A DNA stretch of 64,000 nt from an uncultured Gemmatimonadales bacterium (GTDB lineage: Bacteria > Gemmatimonadota > Gemmatimonadetes > Gemmatimonadales > Gemmatimonadaceae). Shown here one piece after another: positions 51,540-59,582 of the stretch. Numbering within the stretch: the first letter of the stretch is position 1; every line of letters starts with the position of its first letter. The notes under the pieces were generated by a model that searched no databases, had not been told where the DNA came from, and saw nothing but the letters and a program-made list of their open reading frames with translations. The stretch lies in assembly GCA_963731305.1 (NCBI GenBank), contig CAVSUQ010000011.1, positions 11,670 to 75,669 of the forward strand, given 5' to 3'. The position numbers were made by a program, and so were the translations under genes.

Positions 51540-51870
51540 GGTGCCAGGTCTTGCGCGGTGCGCGTTTCACGGCACGGGTGGTCCGGCTCGCGCATGAGTA
51601 ATGAATACCGAGATGTTCTGTGATTGCGCGTTACGAAGCCGCCACTCGCAAACGAATCAGTGATCGCGTGATTCTGCTCGACCAGATTGCGCCCCATCTT
51701 ATCTTGCGGCGCTTGACTTTGCACTGCAGGCAGTTGCTAGGCAGGATGCAGCGTTTTTTGTCGCCGATCTGACGCAAGGTATGACACCACTGCATCGCGT
51801 TGCGGGGAACGTAGATGCGGTTGCGGTTGCTCTGGGTGTAACGCGATCGGCTACATACCGCAGGATGCAC
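51540..51870 (-). pseudogene. Decayed IS200-like (Y1, COG1943-type) transposase remnant with DnaA-type HTH tail (copy A)
   Basis: The minus strand reads ...RYTQSNRNRIYVPRNAMQWCHTLRQIGDKKRCILPSNCL (resembles the YHV..RGN.R..IF...D...FL motif). After a stop it reads AITEHLGIHYSCASRTTRAVKRA (resembles the SL.eIae.fG....stVsr HTH). Only about 110 codons remain. Confidence 0.45.
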
Positions 51871-51995
51871 CGACTAGGTGTTGCCGTTCCAAGAAGAGGA
51901 CCACGCCTCAGGCCGAGCAATGAGAGCGACGACGCCCTCGCGATGAGCAACCGCTAGCAGGGATCCCGTCACCCGCAAAGATTGAACCTCAGGAG

Positions 51996-52049
51996 TTGTC
52001 GCGTATTGTCGCGTATTGTTTCGAAACAATACGCGACAATGCGCGACAA
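51996..52049. repeat. 54-bp near-perfect palindrome built from tandem TTGTCGCGTAT units
   Basis: ttgtcgcgtattgtcgcgtattgtttc | gaaacaatacgcgacaatgcgcgacaa: 26 of 27 arm positions pair, with no spacer. It lies about 280 nt upstream of the Rhs start and directly 5' of transposase remnant A. Confidence 0.9.
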
Positions 52050-52330
52050 TAGATGCCTTGATTTAACGCTAAGTCGTTGTAACAACGCGGCTTAGCGTTT
52101 GTTGCGTCATGGCACTCGGCGTGCCTATACCGCCCTCCATGTTGCACAACGTGTTGCCATCAATGCGCTCGTTCCAGTGACTATAGGCAGTCGCTCCGAA
52201 GTCGCGCGAGTGAGCCAGATGCGAGCACCAATCCGGGGACAGTGTCGCCGGGTTCCGTCTACTCCTGTGTCAAGGCAATACAAGACGACCAGTCAAACCA
52301 GCTCGTCAACTCAAGCCCCGGTGTTTCGCA

Positions 52331-55300
52331 ATGAGATCTTCCCTGAGATTGTCATCGGTTAGTGATCGCCATCTCGGCTTCGTACATCAACTCAGATCGA
52401 GGCTGACGAGATGCCTTTGGATCGTCGCATTCTGGGCGCTCGCGATCCCAGCCGCGGCGTATGCTCAAGCGAAAAGCGGGAAGGTGATTCCGCTGATCGG
52501 AGGCAATGCGCTGGTAACGATCTATCCTTCCTCAGACAATGTCACGGTCTCAGGTAGTACTACGCACACATATCAATTTGATCTCGGTAACTCCGGGACC
52601 GGCAACACGACAGCGACGCTCAGCACTCCCACCTGTAGCGGCGCGGTCAGCGGTTGTTCGGTCTCACCGACGAGCGTCTCGCTGCCTGCCAATGGTGCGG
52701 GTGCGGTGGCGACGGTGAGCTATACCGCGGCAGCTACGGGTACGGGCACCATCATCCTCAACGCCAACTGGCCGTCCGGGAACAACGTGCAAGGCACACT
52801 CACCGTGACGGTGCAGAGCGCGACACCTGCAGTCTCGGTGAGTCCCAATCCGAACTACTCAGCCGAAAGCTTCGCCACGAACGATCCTAACTTCTCGGTC
52901 AAGAACAACGGTAACACGGCTTCTACTTACAACCTCTCTGTAGACTGCTCGGGCAACATCTCGGCCTGCTCCGTGGGCTCACCGAGCGCAAGTGTATCAC
53001 CGGGTAGCTCGACAGCCGCCACGGTCTATTACACCACCGGACCATGGACGAGTGGAAACGGCACGGCCACACTGACGGCGACCTCTGTTCTCACCGGTCA
53101 GTCGACCAATACGGCCGTCACAGTAGTCCCGCTTTCACCGGCGGTGAGCGTAACGCCTGACGGAGGAACTCCGAGCCCCGAGCCGGGCGTCGGAGCCAAT
53201 GTCAGTGTGCCATTCACGGTGACTGACGTTGGGAACTCGAGTCCCACTACGTATTCGCTCGTGTGCGGCTACTCGGGCGTTGTGACGAGCTGCTCGGTCA
53301 CACCAAGTGTCCAGGTATACATTGGCTCGCCGCAAACGGTTACGGTGAGCTACACGACAAGCACCAATACGGCAGGTGGTACGGGGCAGGTGACGCTCAC
53401 TGCGACCGCAGGCGGCCCTCAGGTACACACATACTCGGACGCCGGTAACTACAACGTTGCCGTGGCTGATGCGAGAACGTATACGCCGGTTGTCACACCC
53501 AAGGGCAGCCCGACTGGCCAAGCCAGCCCCTATACCTTGACTACTTACAAGTTCGCCGTCAAGAACACGGGCGATACGCAGGCGAGCTACACGCTGACAA
53601 CTCCGACGTGCACGGGCACGTCTGGTGGGTGTAGCGTGACCAGCCCGATCACGGTCAATCCTGGTCAGACCGATAGCGTAGCGGTGAGCTTTACAACTGG
53701 CGCTGCCGGTCAGAACGTGGCGCTCGACCTTCACGCTGCGATGAGTGCTCATGGAGTCACATTCGCAGACGACGGCACGGCCAGTATAAATGTGTCGTAC
53801 AGGCTTCAGGTCTCGACGGCGTTCATGAACAACGACGATCAGGACATGAGCCTCTGTGCTGCATCGTGCTTTGCAATGACGGCAGCAAGGAGCACGGTGC
53901 CGTACTACACACTCGATGCGCCGCGAAACGTAACGCTCGTGTACAACGGAGATCGTGCCTTCCCGAGACCGTTCATCTACGCTGACGTCTCAGATTCAAC
54001 GGCTCCGAGCTCCATCAGCAGCTACACGCTCGAGGTGAAGCGACTGGGCGTCGATCTTCCATTTGTCAACGGCGAGACCAAGCTGACCTTCCAGGGCACG
54101 AGTAGTCCCGCGACGACGTACCGCTTAGCGGGCCAGATCGATATGTCGAGTTATGCGACCAATGTGGACTCCGTGACATTAGTCGTGACGGCTTATTACA
54201 CGAACGGCGAGAGCGACGTCACGCCGGTCAAGACGCAGCTCATGTGGGTCAATTCGACACTCAATACACAGGCTGCGCCAATCGCTAAAGGGTGGCGGAT
54301 AGCGGGGATGCAGTATTTCAGAGGAACGCCCGAAGGGATCGGATCGTCCGGCGGCGGCTACATGATTGAGAACGGCGACGGGTCGGCCACATACTTCGCA
54401 TATAATGGTGCGATAGGTGCGGATCTCAGCACGCTCGCCTACGACAACGTTTCCAAGTGGATCAGGACGTACCAGGACGGAAGCAAGGTCGCATTCGATG
54501 GCGGTGGGCGAATGCTGTACGCTACCGATCGACTTGGGCGCGAGACACAGTTCATCTATGGTGGCACCGGTAATTGGAAACTCGTAGGGATCATTGAGCC
54601 GATGCGTTCGAGTGGTCACTCGACGTCGGCGCCATACGATTCGCTCACTTATGACGGCAATGGCAACCTCTCAGCGATTATCGAGACAGGCGGCACAGGT
54701 GGCCGCACGACCAGCGTTACCGTCGACGGGAGTGGACACCTGACGCGAATTACCGATCCTGACGGCGGTTACGACAGCTACGGCTACGACGGCTCGGGTC
54801 GGCTTAGCACGATCACAGACCGGCGTGGCAACACGACGACCTACAATTATGGTCTCACGTGGAAGCTTTCCAGCGTTGTGAGTCCATCGGTACCGATCGA
54901 CGCTGGCGGCGGAACGACAACAATGGGCACACCGACTACGAACATCTCGCCTTGGCAGGCGATCGGTGTACCATTCGATACTACAGCAATCACTCCAGCG
55001 GCTCTTACGCTACCAGCCAATGTCCTGGCGATTGTTACCGATCCCAAGAACGACACCACCAGGATGTATCCGGATCGCTGGGGCGAGCTATTAAAGACCG
55101 TCGACGCGCTTGGGAACACTACGACGATTCAGCGTTCCGGATTTCTCCCAACTGTCATTACTCATCCTGACGGAAGTGTGGACTCTGCGTCCTACTACGC
55201 TAGTGGCTTGTTGCAGACGCAACACTCGGCAGGTCAGCAGACTGTGAGCTATACCTACGGCAACATGAACCAGCTGCAGAGTGAATCCGGTAGCGGTGTG

Positions 55301-57889
55301 GTGACCGTGACAAACGTGCTCGACAGTCTGGGCCGCACAATCAAGACGACCTACGGCACGGTGACTGGCGATACGACGATTTTCAAGTACGACTCGGTGA
55401 CCAAGAACGTGGCGAGCATGTTCAGGCCGGACACGGGGCTCGTGACCTATCAGTACGACTCCAAGTTTGGGAACTCGAGCACGGAGACCGATCCGGGTAG
55501 CCGGGTGACTCAGTCCTACTTCGATAACTATGGCCGGGACACTGCGGACAAGGCGCCGCAGTATCCAATGACCAAAACCGTGTACGACGTCTTGAACCGA
55601 GTGACAGCACAGTACAACGGAGTCGCCGCTAACCCAATCCGGATCGCGTACGATGCGTTACTGCCGGTATCGGTGCGGGATCCATTGAGCCATGTAGATT
55701 CTACCGAGTATGACGCCGCTGGTAACGTCGCGCGACACTTCGGCTATGCATCTGCAACTGTCCCCACGACGATGAGATACGACCTAGCAAGCCGGCCGAC
55801 GAGTGTGACCAACCGGCGTGGCCAGGAGATAGATGTTACCTACGACCCGCTTGGACGTGTCTTGACTAAGACGGCAGACAGTGCGACGGATCATTTCACG
55901 TACTCGGCCAACGGTCTAATTCAGACCGCCTACAATGCCACTGATACGGTGCGCACTGTATCGGTACCAAGTGCGCTACTGGACACGGTCCAGACGACAA
56001 TGGCAGCAACTGGCGTCACGTCGCATATTTATACGATCGTACACCGCGCGAGCAGCGACGCCGGTGGGACGGATTCGACCACGATATCGAGCAACGGAGC
56101 GCCGGCCCAGTTCGTGACGCGGCGCTACGTGAACGATGCTGCAAGCGGTATGTTGAGCGCCATCAATTTGGGATCAAGCATTGGTCAGGGGAGCTTCACG
56201 TACGATGCGGCCAGCCGGCGCGTCGCCACCGCATGGCCCACTGCTGGCAGCAGCTCCTATTATCTATCGACCGGCACGCGCCAGTATCGGACTTACGGCA
56301 CACTCGACCCGTCCTTCTATGTGGGCTACGCTGTGGACTCGGCGGGGCGGATCTTGAGAGATCACAGGCACTACGGCTCGCCCACGGCGTACAGCAATCG
56401 CGTGTTTGGTTACGACGCGCTGGGCCGCTATACAGGGAGAGACAGTCTTAGCGATGCGACATATCCGTGGTTCTGCGGCGGCTCTGGTCGCTTCGATCCC
56501 AACTACGGGGAGTTTGGCTGCGCGATCGACAGCGTGATGACGCCCAACTCGTACGCCTACGATGACGCCGAGAACAGAGTCGGCGGCGGTATTCATTACG
56601 GCGTAGGCGACGAGGTGACGTCGTCCGACGGCTTCAGCTACACGTACGACGCCGACGGCAATGTCGCAACGCGTACTCAGTCCAGCACGGGCTCGGTGTG
56701 GACCTACAACTGGAGCTCGGACAACAGACTCTTGAGCGCAAGTACGAGCTTGTACGGTATTCCGAGCAACACGGTGAGCTTCGACTACGACGCGCTGGGA
56801 GAACCTGTGGTGAAGCGAGGCAGTACAGGTCAGGTAACGCGAGTCACACTGTACGATGGAGGCCAGATACTTGCCGATCTCGATTCATCGGGGCACAGAG
56901 AGGCAGAATACGTCTACGACGCCGGAACGGACGCGCCATATGCCATGCTCACAGGTACGGACACGGTGAGCGCGGTACGATACTACGCCCAGGACGATCT
57001 AGGGAACGTGCAGGGTCAGTTTGCAGACTACACGCGCTCAACGGAGACTGTATCGTACGGGGATTGGGGTCTTCCGACGGTGAGTGGCGAGACCGCGAAC
57101 CGGCTCACGTGGAAAGGTCTCTCATATGATCCGGATGTGGGACTCACGTACGTGAGAGCCAGGTGGTACGATCCCAACATCGGACGATTCGTGAGCGAGG
57201 ACCCCGCGGGCCTACAGGGCGGGATCAATCCTTACGTGTTCGCTAACAACGATCCGATCAATGGAGCTGATCCGAGTGGTGCGGATCCAGGATACGATGA
57301 CTCCAATAATGAGGGCAGTGGAGACGATGGGGGGTCTTGTACATACACAGTCCGATACCAGTATCCGTTATTGGAGGGCAACACTGGACTGGCCGGAGCT
57401 ATCCCTGGAACGGTGGAAATTATTGGAATGGAATGCCCAAACAGTGGCGTATCACAAGGCCCAACGCCTAGTAGCGGGGCTACAAAACAGCAACCCAAGC
57501 CGACTTTGCCTCCCTGTGCGCCCCCGGCAGCAAGAGGTAACGTAACCTACAAATTCGGGATTCCAACTGCCTCGCCAGCCGTGGCAAACTTTATGACGTG
57601 TACCTCGGCCTGCATGGGTGGTGCTACCTTTCGAGCATCATCGACGTCAGAAGCCCATTCGCTAGCCGACCCGCATACAAGAGGGTTTGCTGTAGATGGG
57701 GAGATACCGGGAAGTGTCGGTCAGATATTCCAGTGTGCGGCAAATTGCGGAGCGGTATTTCAGTTGAACGAATATACGAATCCGTCGCCGCACGCCACGG
57801 CCGGTCATTACCATTTCCAGCTCGTCCCTGGTAAGAACGGCGCTACCGGGCCCTATTATGCAAGATGCACGTACGCTACAAAGCCATGA
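52331..57889 (+). CDS. Rhs/YD-repeat polymorphic toxin (1852 aa): Sec signal, four Cys-pair Ig-like repeats, YD-repeat shell, and a LAS (M15-like) zinc-peptidase-type C-terminal toxin domain
   Basis: Signal CLWIVAFWALAIPAAAYA-QA. Many YD repeats (YDGNGNLSAI, YGYDGSGRLSTITDRRGNTTTYNY, YTYDADGNVATR). Rhs core end YVRARWYDPNIGRFVSEDPAGLQGGINPYVFANNDPINGADPSG. The C-terminal tip contains HTRGFAVD (H-x6-D, 57674-57697) and GHYHF (H-x-H, 57806-57814). Confidence 0.9.
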   Translation: MRSSLRLSSVSDRHLGFVHQLRSRLTRCLWIVAFWALAIPAAAYAQAKSGKVIPLIGGNALVTIYPSSDNVTVSGSTTHTYQFDLGNSGTGNTTATLSTPTCSGAVSGCSVSPTSVSLPANGAGAVATVSYTAAATGTGTIILNANWPSGNNVQGTLTVTVQSATPAVSVSPNPNYSAESFATNDPNFSVKNNGNTASTYNLSVDCSGNISACSVGSPSASVSPGSSTAATVYYTTGPWTSGNGTATLTATSVLTGQSTNTAVTVVPLSPAVSVTPDGGTPSPEPGVGANVSVPFTVTDVGNSSPTTYSLVCGYSGVVTSCSVTPSVQVYIGSPQTVTVSYTTSTNTAGGTGQVTLTATAGGPQVHTYSDAGNYNVAVADARTYTPVVTPKGSPTGQASPYTLTTYKFAVKNTGDTQASYTLTTPTCTGTSGGCSVTSPITVNPGQTDSVAVSFTTGAAGQNVALDLHAAMSAHGVTFADDGTASINVSYRLQVSTAFMNNDDQDMSLCAASCFAMTAARSTVPYYTLDAPRNVTLVYNGDRAFPRPFIYADVSDSTAPSSISSYTLEVKRLGVDLPFVNGETKLTFQGTSSPATTYRLAGQIDMSSYATNVDSVTLVVTAYYTNGESDVTPVKTQLMWVNSTLNTQAAPIAKGWRIAGMQYFRGTPEGIGSSGGGYMIENGDGSATYFAYNGAIGADLSTLAYDNVSKWIRTYQDGSKVAFDGGGRMLYATDRLGRETQFIYGGTGNWKLVGIIEPMRSSGHSTSAPYDSLTYDGNGNLSAIIETGGTGGRTTSVTVDGSGHLTRITDPDGGYDSYGYDGSGRLSTITDRRGNTTTYNYGLTWKLSSVVSPSVPIDAGGGTTTMGTPTTNISPWQAIGVPFDTTAITPAALTLPANVLAIVTDPKNDTTRMYPDRWGELLKTVDALGNTTTIQRSGFLPTVITHPDGSVDSASYYASGLLQTQHSAGQQTVSYTYGNMNQLQSESGSGVVTVTNVLDSLGRTIKTTYGTVTGDTTIFKYDSVTKNVASMFRPDTGLVTYQYDSKFGNSSTETDPGSRVTQSYFDNYGRDTADKAPQYPMTKTVYDVLNRVTAQYNGVAANPIRIAYDALLPVSVRDPLSHVDSTEYDAAGNVARHFGYASATVPTTMRYDLASRPTSVTNRRGQEIDVTYDPLGRVLTKTADSATDHFTYSANGLIQTAYNATDTVRTVSVPSALLDTVQTTMAATGVTSHIYTIVHRASSDAGGTDSTTISSNGAPAQFVTRRYVNDAASGMLSAINLGSSIGQGSFTYDAASRRVATAWPTAGSSSYYLSTGTRQYRTYGTLDPSFYVGYAVDSAGRILRDHRHYGSPTAYSNRVFGYDALGRYTGRDSLSDATYPWFCGGSGRFDPNYGEFGCAIDSVMTPNSYAYDDAENRVGGGIHYGVGDEVTSSDGFSYTYDADGNVATRTQSSTGSVWTYNWSSDNRLLSASTSLYGIPSNTVSFDYDALGEPVVKRGSTGQVTRVTLYDGGQILADLDSSGHREAEYVYDAGTDAPYAMLTGTDTVSAVRYYAQDDLGNVQGQFADYTRSTETVSYGDWGLPTVSGETANRLTWKGLSYDPDVGLTYVRARWYDPNIGRFVSEDPAGLQGGINPYVFANNDPINGADPSGADPGYDDSNNEGSGDDGGSCTYTVRYQYPLLEGNTGLAGAIPGTVEIIGMECPNSGVSQGPTPSSGATKQQPKPTLPPCAPPAARGNVTYKFGIPTASPAVANFMTCTSACMGGATFRASSTSEAHSLADPHTRGFAVDGEIPGSVGQIFQCAANCGAVFQLNEYTNPSPHATAGHYHFQLVPGKNGATGPYYARCTYATKP

Positions 57890-58419
57890 GAATCCGTAAG
57901 GTTTGCGCGCTGTTGTGTATGCCATTATTAGGGGCCACGGCTCAAGGTCGTGATTGCACGGCGCTACCGACAGCGGCTCGAGTAGCATTAGCGCCAGAGT
58001 TGCAGCAAGGGTGGCGCATAGTTGCAACAGCGGATCTTCCGTCTGATGATCGGGCACTATGGCACCAGTACCACCCGGGGCAATGTCCGGGTGTGGCTAC
58101 GGGACACTTCAGCAACAGCGACGACGTCGCCTATTCGATCGCGCTCTTACATTCGAGCTCAGCGGGTCAATACACCGAGGAATTGCTTCTACTGGTCCCG
58201 ATCAGAGCGAGCTATTCACTCAAGACGGTCGTGAGCCGTACCAGAGTGGTAAGTCCGTTTGTAGTGTGGAAATTGCCACCGGGAAGGTACAAGGCCCTAT
58301 ACACAAAATCGGCGGTCTTTATCCCGTTGGATTCTTTTGTCTACGAGAAGATGGAAGCGACAGCAACTCAATATTTCATGCGAGATGGGCACCTTCGATC
58401 TATTCTGATTAGCGACTAA
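57886..58419 (+). CDS. Candidate cognate immunity protein (secreted/periplasmic, 177 aa)
   Basis: The ATG overlaps the Rhs TGA (ccATGAga). Signal peptide MRIRKVCALLCMPLLGATAQG. No family recognised; the call rests on its position directly after the Rhs toxin tip. Confidence 0.6.
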   Translation: MRIRKVCALLCMPLLGATAQGRDCTALPTAARVALAPELQQGWRIVATADLPSDDRALWHQYHPGQCPGVATGHFSNSDDVAYSIALLHSSSAGQYTEELLLLVPIRASYSLKTVVSRTRVVSPFVVWKLPPGRYKALYTKSAVFIPLDSFVYEKMEATATQYFMRDGHLRSILISD

Positions 58420-58482
58420 CGTGATAGAGGCTGTTGGGGCAGATAGTTGGCGGGTCACTCCGAACTGAGTCCATCTGGAGCG

Positions 58483-58640
58483 CTAGTTTTTCAGTCGCGA
58501 GCGGCTCGGGATGAAGTTTCCACCCGTTGCTGTTCTAGAGTACGCTCTTGCGTACTCGGCAGGGGTGTCGTTGGCTAAGCTACTGTGTGACCGCACGTTG
58601 TTGCAGTCCGTTGACGTTCCCCACGAAATGAGCCCGAAGT
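58483..58640 (-). pseudogene. C-terminal remnant of an rve (DDE integrase-core, IS3/IS481-like) transposase
   Basis: The end of ORF 58483-58725 reads ...ISWGTSTDCNNVRSHSSLANDTPAEYARAY. This resembles the W..YN..RPHSSLG..TP.E. tail of rve transposases. No upstream catalytic domain is present. Confidence 0.5.
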
Positions 58641-59110
58641 TAAGTTGACAGTCTGACCGGTCGCCAGAGGGTGGCCAGGAGGACTGGAAGATGCGGAAGA
58701 GTCGATCCACCGAGGCGCAGCACATTGACGTACGGTGTCAGGTCCGCCCATGCGTGTTCTGCACCGATGATCCGGCTCACGCGTGAGTAGTGATGGAGAC
58801 CGAAGTGTTCGCCGATCGCCTGCATCGTGCAGTCGCCACCGGCGACGGGATCGATGATCGCGCGATTCCGCTTGGCCCGACTGCCCGCCGGAGCTTACTC
58901 TGCTAGTGGTTGCTCGGTCGGACGCAGCAATTTCCATCTTTGGGCTGCTGCAGGGCGAACGCAGCGATGCGCCAGTGTCGTCTAGGATCGTGAGGAACAT
59001 CATCCGGTCACAGTCATCGAAATAGACCGGGTCCTAGCCGTCTCCACGTAAAATTATGTGATAGAGAGCACCGGGAATTGGAGACCCAGCGGTCTGAACA
59101 CTCACCGATC
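58640..59110 (-). pseudogene. Decayed IS200-like (Y1, COG1943-type) transposase remnant with DnaA-type HTH tail (copy B)
   Basis: Hand translation of the minus strand gives PIPGALYHIILRGDG-stop-DPVYFDDCDRMMFLTILDDTGAS, then WRIAAFAL, then AKRNRAIIDPVAGGDCTMQAIGEHFGLHHYSRVSRIIGAE in shifted frames. The HTH region is roughly three-quarters identical at nucleotide level to copy A (rough hand alignment). Confidence 0.5.
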
Positions 59111-59582
59111 ACACAACCGCTGGTGGACAGCGTGCGAATTGAGCTATGCGCGAGTGTGGCTAGGTCCTGCCTCGCTGCACAACGCGATATCTGACACCCG
59201 ATTACCCACTGTAGGATGAGACCTACTACTGTCGGATCGCTGCTACTCTGGTGCAAAGACTCGAAAGAATTTCGTCAAAAGTACTGCGCTTTTTGACCAC
59301 GCTCTGCGCTTTCCGGACGAATCGCGCAGCCTTTATCAGCGTCATGTTCGGACCATTTGGCTTTATGCATCGCAGTACGACAAAGAAGCAATGAAAATAG
59401 ACAGTCATTTGTACTCGTTCAGGCGCTGAGGTTCGAATAATAAGCCGCTTTAACTTAATATCAGCCACGTCAAAAAACGCATATCGTGTTCTGAATTCGC
59501 ACTTGCCGGTTCGACGCATACAGCTACGTTGTACTCCGCATCAAGTCAAAGCTCATCATGCGGATCCACTGCGCGGATTACT

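Noticed and set aside
51996-52049. Possible CRISPR array or other spaced repeat cluster in the 51.4-52.3 kb non-coding region.
   Set aside because: Only two tandem 11-nt units per arm are arranged as one palindrome. There are no repeat-spacer periodicity and no cas genes. It is reported as a palindrome instead.
59226-59519. 97-aa minus-strand ORF in the AT-rich segment upstream of gspE.
   Set aside because: It has no recognisable motif, an atypical composition and no convincing start context. The region is more plausibly the gsp promoter or island junction. Coding potential cannot be supported from sequence alone.
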